A DNA stretch of 64,000 nucleotides from Hyphochytrium catenoides (taxonomy: Eukaryota > Protista > Hyphochytriomycota), in assembly GCA_900088475.1 (NCBI GenBank), contig FLMG01002851.1, forward strand, positions 1 through 64,000, read 5' to 3'. Shown here piece by piece: positions 26,101-39,362 of this stretch. The translations under genes were made by a program, and so were the position numbers. Below the pieces are notes generated by a model. The model did not search any database, had not been told where the DNA came from, and saw only the letters and a program-made list of their open reading frames with translations. Numbering within the stretch: position 1 is the first letter of the stretch; each line of letters starts with the position of its first letter.

Positions 26101-27894
26101 TCAGACACTAAGCCTCCTATCCCCTCTAAGATCTCAACGCAGTACCATCCTGTGGCTGTCCTAGCGCTGAACCCGAAGAGCATCACACTGAATGAGCTCT
26201 ATGGAGCGTACAACCTTGCAACCTTTGAGTGGTCGGACGGTGTCATCTCCACCCTCTTCCGCCAGTGCGCTCAGGGAGAGAAAGCAGAAGAGAAGTGGCT
26301 TCTCTTTGATGGTCCGGTCGACACCTCCTGGATCGAGAGCATGAACTCTGTGATGGATGATAACAAGGTCCTAACGCTTATCAACGGAGACCGCATTGCC
26401 ATGACCGCTAGTATGTCCCTGCTCTTTGAGGTAGAAGACCTCTCTGTAGCCTCACCTGCCACCGTCAGCCGCGCAGGAATGGTCTACATAGACCCTTCAG
26501 TGTTAAGCTGGCAGCCCTTCGTGCAAACATGGCTCTCCAGAGTTTTTAGCACTCGTCCAGATACTCAGAGCAGCACTGGCGCCTCAATGAGTCATTACGC
26601 TGAGCTACAGGCTTTCCATCTAAAGCTGTTCGAGAAGTACGTTGGGCCCATGCTAGAGTACAAGCGGCAGACGTGCAAGGAGGAAGTCCCTGTCTGCGAT
26701 ATCAGCGCCATACAATCGCTCTGTCACCTCTATGAGGCTCTGCATACGGCAGAAAACGGACTGGATCCCTTCGGAACGTCCACTGCGGCATCTAGCTCCA
26801 CTACCACCGCAGCTGAAGGAGCAACAGCACCTGCTGCGGCAGCGGATCTGGTGAGCTACTGGCCATTGGCGGAGAAGTGGTTTGTCTTTGCCATGATCTG
26901 GACAGTGATGGCTACCACGGATGACCGTGGACGGCAACTCTTGGACGCCAAGCTTCGAGACCTAGAGACCCTGTTTCCACCAGTTAACACTGTCTATGAC
27001 TACGTCGTAGACCCTAAGAAGAAGGACTGGGAGTTATGGGAAGTTTCAGTTCCAGCCTGGAGGGCCCCGCGGAGCATGAACTTCTTCCAAATGATTGTCC
27101 CCACAGTGGACACAGTGAGAAACGCTTTTGTCGTCCAAGCCTCACAAGTGAGGGGCAACAGCGGCCGCCATGTGCTGTTGTTGGGCGGGACAGGAGTAGG
27201 AAAGTCAGTCCTAGCTAACAGCTTTTTGGGTGGACTGCCAGACTCATCTTATGCTTCTGTCAGCTTGAACTTTTCTGCTGCCACGCTCTCTAGCACCACT
27301 CAGGAAATATTGGAGAGTGTCATGGAGAAGCGCGCTAAGGACCGCTTCGGTCCTGCTGGAGGACGTCGTCTCATTGCCTTTATCGACGACCTCAACTTGC
27401 CGCGGAAAGACAAATTTGGCGCACAGCCAGCGCTGGAACTTCTCCGTCAGTGGATGGACTACGAAGGGTGGTATGACCGCGTGAAGTGCCACTGGAAGCA
27501 CATCTTAGATATGCAGATTCTTGCGGCTATGGCACCTCCGAACGGGGGACGAGCGAGCATCTGCAGCCGACTGGTCAGCCGCTTCCATCTCCTGAACATG
27601 ACGGCGCCCGATAATTCACAGGTACAGCGCATCTTTGAGTCCATTCTGTCCTGTCGCCTGGCGGAGTTTGAAGAGGATATCCGGCGCATTGGCCCGCTAC
27701 TAGTGAAGGCGACCATTGAGGTGAGGAAGGAGCAGTATTACTGTGGAGCTTGACTGTGTCCGTTCTGAGAAGTGACTCTATTTCACGCTCTCTTTGTCCC
27801 CGTCACCTGGCGCTTTCTCTCTCTTTAGATATACGTGAGGGACCTTTCTTCACACTTTTTCTGGCCTCTTGGCATTTTCTGTCTGTCTCTTTCC

Positions 27895-27930
<36 letters not shown>

Positions 27931-30900
27931 TCCTCTCTTTCCTCTCCCTCTCTCTTTTTCTTTCTTCCTTAGCCTGTTATGTTCTGACTTCCTAACCTCT
28001 TGTGTGCCTGAGCCTATCACGTCTCGCATCTCCTACCTCTTTACGTTCATTTGTCTCTAACACTGTGCTATCAACAGATCTACAGCGCAGTGAGCACCAA
28101 GTTCCTGCCGACGCCAATGAAATCTCACTACACCTTCAATCTCAGAGACGTCTCCAAAGTCTTACAAGGGCTTCTCAGAGCCAACAAGAAGCAGAATGAC
28201 AGCAAAGAGAGCCTTCTCCGCCTTTGGGTGCATGAATGCACGAGGATCTTCGCTGACCGCTTCCTCTTTGACGCCCAAGAGGACCACAAAGTGTTCCAGA
28301 CGCTGCTCGGGGAGGTTCTTCACCACGAGTTTGGCGTCTCGTGGTCACAGTTAATGAGTTCCTTACCTGCTGGTCTCTCTGCTCCTCTCTTTACTGGCTT
28401 TGTCTCAGAGCTTCCCGCCCTCACACCTTCAGTCTCCACTGCCCCCGCTGCAACGAAGAAGAGTACGTCCACGACAGCTGCCGCTCAAAGCAGCGCACAG
28501 AACGCTGCAGCAATGCAGAGACCTTCCACGCTACCGGCGAAAGGGCCGGGCTCGGGTGCGGAGAGTGTTCCTGGACATGGAGATAACAGTTATGGAGAGG
28601 TTGCCAGCCTCGACTCCTTAAGGGCATTCCTGGGTGGAGTACTGGAGGATTATAACAATGAGCCAAAGCTCATTCCTATGCCTCTCGTGCTGTTCAGGGT
28701 GAGACAACAGTGATAGAGGGGCGACAGAGAGAGACAGAGAGAGAAAAGCAGAGAGAGAGAGAGAGAGCCAGAGAGAGAGAGGCAGAGAGATGGACCAAAA
28801 AAATCCCGAAAGAAACTGATATAGAGCGAGCAGAAAGTCCAACGTCTTACGCTCTGTTGTCCTTCTGTCTCCTGCGCAGGACGCGATCCTCAACATCTGC
28901 ATCGTGCATCGCATCCTCACTCAGCCGAGAGGGAACGCAATGCTGGTAGGAGTAGGAGGTAGCGGGCGCCGCTCTTCTGCTCGTCTGGCCGCATACCTTG
29001 CCTCCTATCCTCTCTTCTCCATAGACATCACAAGCACCTACAGGCTGACGGAGTTCAGGGAGGATCTGAAGAAGTTGTACACAGCCACTGGAGCCAGCAA
29101 CAAACCCACTGTTTTCCTCTTTGCAGACACGCAGCTGAAGGAGGAGGCCTTTCTTGAAGACATCAACAACATACTCAGCAGCGGACAGGTGCCTGGCTTG
29201 TTCACAAAGGAAGAGATCCCAGCGCTGCTGGATGCTGTCAGAGGTCCAGCTAAGGTATGTGGCCATTGAAAGTGCTCAGTACTCCTTGCCAACTCTTCAA
29301 AACTTCGTTTCTTGCGCCTCTTTCTGGTCATGTCCTTGGCCCGCTTATCTCCAGCTCATCCGTACTCACTCTCCTCGTTGCAGACGGAAGGCCTACCAGA
29401 CAGTCCTAAAGCTCTGTGGGACTATTTCATTCAGCGTGTGAGGGCCAACTTGCACGTGGTTCTCTGCATGAGTCCAGTCGGTGCAGGCTTCCGCAACAGG
29501 TGCAGAATGTACCCAGCCCTGGTGAACTGCACAACCATTAACTGGTTCCATGAGTGGCCGGCGACAGCACTAGAGGTTGGATAACTATGATCCTTTTTTC
29601 TGTTCTTCAGTTCGCCTCTCTCTCTCTCTCTCTCCCCACCTCTCTTCTCCCTTGGGTTTGGCTTCTATCTCGCAGCGCGAACCGCCTTCCCCCTGAAGCA
29701 ACAGTTGCTCTACGCCTATCTCCAGCTCTGTTTGCCTCTAGCTTCTCTACTTGCTGATACTTCTTCCCCAGCAAGCTCTTCTTTGTCTGCTCGATCGCAC
29801 CTGAAACTTGCTTTCCATGGTCCCTATTGGATGTTGATCTCCTTATGCATGTATAGGAAGTCGCCATGAAGTATCTTGACGACATGAAGCTAGCAGATGG
29901 AGCTGCGAAAAAGAATCTGTCCGCAGTGTTTGCGGCCTGTCATGTTGGTGTGGCTCGGGCCTCTGAGAGAATGATGCTACAGCTCAGCAGGAAGAACCAC
30001 GTTACGCCCACACACTACCTGGAGCTCGTGAAGGGCTATCGAGCGCTGCTTAGAGAGAAAGACAAGGAGCTGGGAGATTCCAGAGGTGTGCACATTAATT
30101 CTCTTCTGTCGCGCTTCTTTCCTTACACATTCTTTTGACCCGTCGCTATTCTTTAGGTAGTCGTTCCTTTCCTTCCCTCTCCTCTCTCTCTCTCTCTCAC
30201 ACTCTCACTCTCTCTCTCTCTCGTGCTCTCTCGTGCTCTCCTTGCCATTCTGTTCTCTTTTTCAATTTTCCCGCCTACGATGGCGGTATTGAAACGTTGT
30301 CGCGCAATAGACAAGCTTCGGAATGGGCTTAGCAAGCTGGAAGAAAGCAGAGTGCAGGTTTTGCGGATGTCTGAGGAGCTCAGCGAGAAGAAGAAGGTTG
30401 TGGCTGTCAGCCAGAAAGAGTGTGAAGAGCTGCTGGTGGTGATTGTCTCAGAGCGCCGGGTGGCAGACGAGCAGCGGAAGCAGGTCGAGGCAGAGAGCGA
30501 ACAGATTACCAAGGAAGAGATCGACTGCAAAGCCATCGCACAGGATGCACAGAGAGACTTAGACGTGGCTCTCCCTGCGTTGGAGAAAGCGATGGCGGAG
30601 GTTGATAAGCTGGATAAGTCTGCTATCTCTGAGGTCAAAGCCTACTCTAAGCCACCGAAGGCTGTGGAAACAGTGCTCAACGCCGTGATGTTGCTCTTCG
30701 GGTGCGGCCCATTCTTTTATCCTTTTGGAGTCTATCGGGTTATTTCCAGCTCTTCGATCAACTATTTCTCTATGTCGCCTAATCTCTCTCGTTAAGTCTT
30801 TAGATTCTCTATTCCCTCTCCATCACTCGTCTTCCTCTCTTGCCTTCCTTTCTATCTATCTATATATGCGTCTCTCGTCTCTCTCTACGTGGGCGCACGT

Positions 30901-33900
30901 ATCTACCCTGTTGTTTCTCTTTACTGGGTCGCAGATGAGCCTCAAAAGCCTCCTGTCCTGCCCCAAGTGATGCTCCCATCCTGCTCATGTGCTGTCTCTC
31001 CTGCTCTCTCCCTCCCCTCCTCTTCTCCCCCATTTTCTCTACCCTGCTCTGTTTACTTACCACCCAACAGACTGAAATCTGACTGGCCGACGGCGAAGAA
31101 GAAGATTAGCGAGGGCAATTTTCTCCAGCAGATCAAGGCGTACGACAAGGATAACGTCAGCAATGCTCTCATTATGAAGCTTAAGAAATACACCGACGAC
31201 CCAGAGTTTAATACAGAGACAGTCAGAGGTGTCTCAGCAGCCGCAGCCGCTCTCTGCTCGTGGGTGTGCGCTATCTTCGTCTATGCGAATGTCTTTAGAG
31301 AAGTGGCGCCAAAGAGAGAAAGACTCCAGGCTGCGGAGCAAGGATTGAAGGCTAAGCAAGCTGCCCTGAGCAAGGCGAAGAGCCGTTTGGAGGAAGTGGT
31401 TGCCAAAGTAAATCAACTGAAGGAGAAGTATGACCAGAGCGTTGGAGAGAAAAATCGACTGAGAAAGGAGGCTGAGGAGCTGGAGCTGAAACTTACCAGG
31501 GCGGACAAGCTTGTGAAGGGGCTAGCCGGTGAGCTTTAAAGCCATCCTTGTCTTTCTCTCCCCCTCTTTCTTCCTTGGCGCTGCCATTTCCTCTTTTACC
31601 TCATTAGCTAGCTGTTTGTGACCCTTTTCCAAAAGTCTGGCTCTGTCTCGCTAGACAACGTTTAACCCTTCCGCCACTATTCCTTTATTCAGCATCCCCT
31701 GGTTTTGCTCATTGTCGTCCTGAGTCTGGACCTCACTGCCGCTTGTCTTCTGTCCCTGTCCCCTGGGGTCTGCAGGAGAGTACACTCGCTGGCAGGAGTC
31801 GATTGCTCTGTTCGACGCGCAGGTCCACAACCTCCTGGGAGACTCTCTCCTCGCTTCTGCCTTCCTTTCGTACGCCGGACCCTTTGACACAAGCTACCGC
31901 GATGGTCTCCTCCAGAAGTGGCAGGCGGACGTTAGAGCGAAAGAGATTCCGGTCAGCGAGGCATTCTCCGTGACAAAATTCCTGGCCAAGCCTACGGACG
32001 TGCGGCAGTGGAGCCTGCAGGTAGTAATAGTGCCAGATTTTCTCTTGCTAACTTCTCTGTCAGTTTGTCCCTTCTCCTCAAAAGTTCCTTTCAAGCATTT
32101 CGTTCTTGGACTCCTTCGAGGATCCCCATACGATGGTTGTCTCCCTTTCTGCCATTGGGAACACCTATAGTCGCTTCTTTCTCGCTTACCTCTCTTTGCC
32201 CTCTTCTCGTACCTTCAGGGGCTGCCCAACGATAGCTTTAGCACCGAAAACGGCGTCATCGTCACGCGTGGCAACCGCTGGCCGTTGATGATCGACCCTC
32301 AGGGTCAAGCCAACAAGTGGATCCGAGCCATGGAGGCGAAGAACTTGAAAGTGATTGACCTGAAGATGAGGGACTTCCTTCGAGAGGTAACTGGGCCCCA
32401 GCTATGACTAGTCTTCCCCTTTGTTCCTCTCCCTTTGCCTTCCTGCCTTTCCTGCATACGATCTATAGCTAGACTTTTCCTAAGCTGTCTGCTTGCTGCA
32501 GGTGGAGAACGCGATCCAATACGGTCTACCGGTGCTGCTGCAAGATGTCCTGGAGGAGCTTGATCCCAGCCTTGAGCCTGTTCTGAGCAAGTCTGTCCTC
32601 AAAGTCGGCAGCAGAGAAGTGATAAGGATTGGAGACAGCGAGATAGAGTTCTCGCGGGACTTCAAGTAACGATACCTCGTCATCCTTCTCCCGAGACAAT
32701 GTCTATTCTTTTCTCCCGTCTCAATCCTCCCGCCCTTCTCTCTCACACTCACTCGCTCTGTCTCCCTGTCTCCTCCGACCGAACCGTTAAGTTTCTCTCT
32801 CTGTTTCCCACCCGCTGTGTTTCCTTCTCTTCTCTCTCTCTCTCGTGACCCTCTCCCTCCCCCTCTCTCTTATTGCAAAGGGTTTCCTGTTCTCTCTCCC
32901 TCCTTGCTCGATTGACTGCTAACTTGTATCTGATCCTCCAACCCAAAAACACTGCGCTTTCCTCTGTCCTCAGGTTCTATATTACCACGAAGCTTGCAAA
33001 TCCGCACTTCACGCCCGAGGTGAGCACTAAGGTGGCAGTGGTCAACTTTGCCGTTAAGCAGCAGGGACTGGAGGCGCAGCTCTTGGGGCAGGTGGTGCAG
33101 GCAGAGGAGCCAGAGCTTGAGGATATGAAGAGTGAGCTCACCATGACAGTTGCTGCGGGGAAGACGAAGCTCGTTGATCTCGAGAACCAGATCCTTAAGC
33201 TCCTGAGCGAAGCCAAGGTCACTCTCAACCTTTTTCCCTGTTGACAGTCGTCCCCAATTTCTCTCTCTGTCTCTCTTCCTTTTCGAAACTCTCTCTCCCA
33301 TCTTTCTCTCTAGCTCGCTCACTTTTTGATGTGTCTCTGACTGTGCCGCCCTCTCCTTTCAACGATGGCTTTGGCTTTCACTCTTCCTGGTTTAGGGCTC
33401 ATTATTGGACGACGAGCATCTGGTCAGCACCCTGCAACAGAGCAAGGTGACAGCGGAGGAGGTATCTCGCCAGCTGAAGGTGGCGGAAGAAACGGAACAA
33501 CGCATTGATCTGGCCAGAGAGGCCTATCGCTCATCGGCAGTGCGCGCTGCAATCCTCTACTTTGTGCTGGATGATCTCTCGCGCATCGACCCGATGTACC
33601 AGTTCTCCCTCGACTCCTACGTTGACCTGTTCCGCCAGTCCATCTCTCAGTCTCGGTACATACCTATTTATCCTGCTGTTCAACGCTAGTTGGCTTTCCC
33701 CTTGTGTTTCTTTCCCATCTCTTTCTCTCTCTGTCTGCATATCTCTCGCCCGGTATCCACTCGGTCTTAGCAACCTATGACTACCACACCCTATTGCAGC
33801 TCTCTCTCTTTCTCTTGCCCTTCCATAACCCTCAAAGAAAGCAGGACTATGACGGAGGAGAGGGGAGTCGGTTCTCCCACTTTAGAGCTCACTTGCGCCA

Positions 33901-36900
33901 AATTTTCCTCGTCTCTTCTCCCTGTTCAGGATGCTAAGTGAAGATGAGGAGGTCATGGATCGGAACTGGTCCATTAACGCTTTCCACACGTACGCGGTCT
34001 ACGCCTCCACGTGTCTGGGGCTCTTCGCACGGCACAAGCTGCTCTTTGCCTTTCAGATGTGCACACAAATCCTCCGGCAAGAGGGAAAATTGCTTCAGGA
34101 AGAGTACACTTTCCTTCTCACGGGGGGAACCGTCTTGGATAGAAGCAATCAGCCACCTAATCCAGGTAGGAGGATCCCCTCCTTTCGACTTGCTTGTGTG
34201 TCCTTCTTTGTTTCTCTCTCTCGCTCCTTTCTCTCTCTCCATCTCTTTCTCTCTCTCTCTCCCCCTTTTAACCTTCTACGTCTCTTCAGTTTCCTCTCTC
34301 CAACCCCCTGCTGTGGCCGACACCTGTAGCACTGACTCTCATACTGCAGCTCCCGAGATCTTCCAGCCCAAGATGTGGGACAGCATCACCGAACTTTCAA
34401 GCTTGGCTGCCTTCTCAGGCCTTGCGGGGGCGATCGAGCAGAGCACCAAAGTGTGGAAAGAGTGGTACTCCAGCCCTCAGGTTAGTCCTTTTAGCTATCC
34501 CCGTCTCACGCTTCTCCAGTTCTTCTCAATCCATATCCTCCGAGCTCTTAGATTTTCTTCAGCTTAAGGGCACACGTAGGCAACTCTTCCCTTTTGTCCG
34601 GGATCTCCTTGTCGGTTTTATTGCTCTGTGTGCGGTGCTCTTTGACTTACGAAGCCCTCTTGCTAACAAACTATGTGCGCTCGACTCTCATCGACAGCCG
34701 GAACAAACGCCGCTGCCTGCGGACTGGAACATGAAGCTTGGGGACTTCCAGAAGATGCTTCTGCTACGAGCACTGCGGCCAGATCGCCTCCTCTTTGCCG
34801 CTAATCGTTTTGTTGCTAGCGTCATGGGTGCACAGTATGCAGAGCCTCCCGCGCTCGATTTGGCGCAGGTTTTAGAGCAGTCTTCGCCGTCCATCCCGCT
34901 GGTCTTTGTGCTCTCTCCCGGAGTCGACCCTACCGCTCAGGTATGCTGCCGCGGGCAGTCGCTCCCCGGAGATTGACTTTATTCCCAGTAAATGAATGAA
35001 AATTGACGAGTATCGTTCCTCTTCGCTGGTTCTCTCTTGCCATAGGTCTCCCAGCTCGCCAGCGCCATGAACATGCCGCTGGAGGTCTGTGCCTTGGGAC
35101 AGGGACAGGCACCAGTGGCCACACGGCTGTTGAAGGAAGCAATGGCGGCAGGAAAATGGGTGTTCCTCTCCAACTGTCATCTGATGCTCAGCTGGATGCC
35201 TACGTTAGAAAAGATTGTCGAGGCCCTCAGCAGTCGCTCTTCTGCACAGCCCATCAGCCCGCAGTTCCGCCTGTGGTTGTCCAGCGCGCCCCACCCACGG
35301 TTCCCGATTTCCATTCTGCAGCGCGGGCTGAAGATAACAACGGAACCGCCACGAGGCTTGAAGTCCAACTTGCTGCAGATGTACAACTTGATATCGGAAG
35401 ACCGCTTCAACGCCTGCAAAGAGGTGCATCTCTATCTGCTTACCATTGTCTACGCTACTCCCTGATTCATCTTCAAAGACTTTCAGCATCACAACCTCCG
35501 TGTGCTTTAGGCCGTACCTCAGACTTTGGCACAGTGTGTGCGTCGCTCGTTTGCTCTTTCTGCTCCCTCTCTCCTGCTGCTCTGTCTCTTTGTCTTTCTC
35601 AATCCGTATTCCCCATCTCCGCACTATCCGCTATTGCCTCCTCTCGTCCTTTTCTTTCCACGATTGTCTCTATTTTCTCTGATATCCCAAACTGTCATTC
35701 TGTCTCCTTCGTCTAGGGAAGCACCTATAAGAAGCTCATTTTCTCACTGGCATGGTTCCACTCCATCCTTCTCGAGCGGCGGAAGTTCAAGTCTTTAGGC
35801 TGGAACACAGCTTATGACTTCAACGCCTCAGACTTCTCCATATGCCACGACCTCATAGCAACCTTTTTGGAAGCCTATCCAGAGCACACCCCTTTTGAAG
35901 CGCTGCGTTATCTCATCGCCGAGGCGAACTATGGCGGCAGAGTCACCGACGATTGGGATAGGCGGCTGGTGGTTGTCTACGTAAATCAGTTCATTTGTAC
36001 CGAGGCCGTGACAGAGCCACAGTACAAGCTTTCCTCCCTGTCAGAATACTTTATCCCGCATGACGGCTCGTTAGAGTCGTATAAGGAGTATATTCGAGGG
36101 TTGCCCATCACAGAGCAGCCGAGCGCTTTCGGACAACATCCTAACGCTGACATCTCCTCCCAAATTGAGGAGACTAACGAGCTGCTGGACACAATATTCT
36201 CCTTGCAGCCTTCAGTGGTTACCGAAGCAGGAGAGACAAGAGAGACCAAGATACTGCGGATGGTGAAGAGTTTGGAAGAGCAGCTTTGTCAGACCATTGA
36301 CACCTCTCCGGTCACAACCCCTGGTGCCGTGCGGAAAGAGTCAGAGCCGCTAAAGACGGTGCTCCTGCAGGAATGTGAGCGCTATAACAAGCTCCTCACC
36401 ACGATGCGAAAGCACCTGCTGGACGTTGATAGGGCGGTACAGGGGCTCGTCGTTATCACAATGGAACTGGAGCAGGTGTGCGACGCTCTTCTAGGAGGCA
36501 AAGTGCCATCGGCTTGGTCATTCTGCTATCCATCTATAAAACCTCTCGGATCTTGGATGAATGACCTTAAAGAGCGCTGTGAACAAATGGGAAAATGGGT
36601 ACAGAAGGGAATGCCAAGCGTATTCTGGCTCTCAGGCTTTACCTATCCGACAGGCTTTCTTACCGCGTTGCTACAGACGACTGCACGGAAGAATGGGCTT
36701 CCCATTGACACTCTTGGTTGGGACTTCCCCGTCCTGAAGGAAGATGTCTATGGGCTTCGGGATGGCCCTCCGGCTGCCGAGGGAGCGTATGTTCAAGGCC
36801 TCTACCTTGAGGGCGCTCGGTGGGACAGTGAGGTTTCTTGCCTGGCTGACGCTCTACCTATGGAGCTATACTGTCCCATGCCTGTCATCCACTTCAAGCC

Positions 36901-37084
36901 AATCGAGAACAAACGAAAGCCCGCAAAGGGCTATTATAGCTGTCCTATCTATATGTATCCCGTCCGATCTGGGACTAGAGAACGGCCTTCGTTCATGATA
37001 GCGGCCGACCTCCGGGCTGGACAGATGGACGGGGACTTTTGGACCAAGCGAGGGGTGGCGCTGCTGCTCTCCCTGGGGAACTAA
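18681..37084 (+). CDS. DNAH2: Axonemal dynein heavy chain, inner-arm I1/f beta type (DNAH2 / Chlamydomonas DHC10-like); about 18 exons, two N-gaps
   Basis: Long DHC_N1 tail ([22 protein letters not shown]), typical of multi-headed dyneins. Linker [16 protein letters not shown]1 [14 protein letters not shown]...CFDEFNR, AAA2 [11 protein letters not shown]3 [11 protein letters not shown]4 GVGGSGRRS. Stalk/MTBD and AAA5 [11 protein letters not shown]. The C-terminus [17 protein letters not shown]...[13 protein letters not shown] resembles DNAH2. Confidence 0.9.
21311..21369. other. Assembly gap (N run); others at 11108-11109, 25653-25667, 54061-54112, 55152-55223, 55723-55778
   Basis: N characters in the sequence. 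Confidence 1.
23060..23130. repeat. (CT)n microsatellite in dynein intron 1
   Basis: Seen directly. Similar tracts lie in dynein introns at about 27890-27960, 28722-28790 (GA), 30180-30240, 32820-32870 and 34210-34265. Confidence 0.9.
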
Positions 37085-37428
37085 GTAGAGTCCATAAAGA
37101 ACAGTCAGGCGAGCCTTGTACATTCGTGAGTTAGAAGTTAGAATGGCCACACTAGAGAATATGAAGTGTATACAGCCGCTATATGTCTAGTCTCCATGCT
37201 CTTCCTTGCATCTAACATGACATTTTCTCTTGGTGCGCACTGGGCTGATCTTGAATCCTTCGGGCCTCTCACCGACTAACTACTTATCAGTAGAAAGAAT
37301 GATTCTCGATGACAGAGGCAAAGGTAAAAGAAAATAGGCCTTGCTGGCCCTGGATTTCAAAATTTAGGTTTTGTCTAAGTCGACGCCTTGCTGACGCGCA
37401 AGCTTCCTTTGAGCTTTCCAGACTGCTA

Positions 37429-38507
37429 TTAGGCTTCCACAAAGTTGTGGATCTCGCTGTCGACAAATCGCTTCAAATCACTTAGGTTCTCCCACCACTG
37501 AGGGAGGAGCGTTGAAGAAATGAACTGGAACCAGGGCGACACTAAGTGCTTGCCTTCTTTGCCCTCAGCTAGGAACCTAGCTAGCTCATCCGCCTTGAGG
37601 TAGCGGACTTCTGCAACTTCGTTCGGGTTCAGGTTGAGGTCATAGTCTCCTCTAAGTACCAGCAAGTGGTCTACCTCGTGCTCACCCCACATGTTATCGC
37701 ATGGACTCTACTCAAAGATAGCAAGAGCAAGTTCTCGCTTTAGATCTCTGAGGATCGCTCTAGTGATGCGATTTTAAGCTATACCTTATAAAGAATCCGC
37801 GTGAGATGCACCAAGGAATCCAACTCAATGGTATTGGAATCAATGCCAAGCTCTTGCTGAAGCTTCCGGCGGGCCGCCCTGCAGCACGATGACAGAGGTC
37901 AGCATGCGTCCAGCCATCAGAAGCAAGAAGGTAAAGTTTAGAGGACGTGATGAGAGTACCTCTTGACGCCAACGTTATTTGTCTCGTCTAATTCCTCGGG
38001 TACGTGAAGAGGATGGCTGCAGCAGGTATTGGCCCAATAACTTGGAAAAATGATCTTATCGCTCGCTCGCTTCTGAATCAACAACTCATCCTGGGAGTTG
38101 AACAAAAAGACGCTAAACGCTCTATGTAGCGCCTTGTCTCCATTGATCTGAGTCAGCAGATGGCCTGGACACGAAGACCAGCGTCTCTTTTAGCATCACT
38201 TTGTGCTTCTAAAGCTCCTTTCTTACTTACAATTCTTCTTAGACTCCTCTCCAATAACTCGATCCTTCTCATCAACAAGGATGCAACGCTCTTCCAGCAA
38301 CTTCACTTGTGTCGGATCTCCTTTTATCTCGTTGAACCCGGGCAGTGTCGCAGCTACTGAGAGCCTGGAGCCCAACACTTCTTATCAAATAGATAGCTCA
38401 AACAGAAGGAGTTACCCTAAATACCTTCGGATGCCTTGCCAAGAGGGGGCCATGGCACACAGTCCAGACCTCAGAAAGCGCGGAGCCGTCGCAGAGAGGA
38501 TCATCAT
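37429..38507 (-). CDS. IDI1: Isopentenyl-diphosphate delta-isomerase type 1, with an N-terminal presequence-like extension
   Basis: Spliced product: [88 protein letters not shown]. Catalytic Cys and Glu are present. Confidence 0.95.
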
Positions 38508-39362
38508 AACGACTCGCTGCGGCCTTCCCTGAGCTTGACCCGTGACCAAGGGTCTCTGAAGCTAAGTGAGCTTGGAGTGAGCTCTTGCCCTATGAGCTCT
38601 GCTCAGCGCACAGGCATCCAAGCGAGGCTGTCTCCAGGGAGGGCAAGGACGCTTGCGCAACTGTCGCGGGTCAAGCACAGTTCTTAGCAAGCGATGATGG
38701 GATGCATGACTTGACTGACGGATGAGGCCGAAGTGACGATCCGAAGATAATAACAATAAGAACATAATAAGGCCCCTTTGAAAGGTTCGTGGAAAGATTG
38801 GGAAGTCCATGGCACATTAATGACCCGTAATAGTCCTGTTTATTCAACCTGTGTCACACCATAGAAATATTTCGATGTTTGCGGACATCTTTTCACTTTC
38901 ACTGTGACGAAAAGGCGAAAGGCCTTTGACCGAAATTGCCGCGCCGGAAAGTCCGAAAAGAGGCGGCGAAGTACAGTACAGACTATTGCAGAATAACGCT
39001 AGCTACTCCTGGGGGAGGCTTGATCAGGTCATTACTCTCCCACCCAATCGTCACACCAGAAAGCAAGCTGCAGCTTCAGCCTGCGCTCCACAGCAGTGCA
39101 TCAACTCATCAGCTCATCGGCCACCAGCAACACGTTGTCACGTTGCTGAAGCTGCTGCTGACAAGTGCACACCAGGGAGCTGACTGTATGAAGCTGGTCT
39201 AAGTGCAGACTAAGCAGTCCGGGCTCTGAGCTAACGCTTGTCGACGGCAGTCCTCTGCTTGAGCACTGTCCAGGCCCTCAACAGAGGCGGAGGCGGTTGG
39301 GACAAATCTGTTTGGACGTTCAATCATCACCTCGACCAAGACTCCCACTTCATAATTGTAAA

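Noticed and set aside
28945-28980. AAA4 Walker A with Arg in place of Lys (GVGGSGRRS)
   Set aside because: As I recall, DNAH2-type chains normally have GSGR here. It supports the orthology call and is not a novelty.
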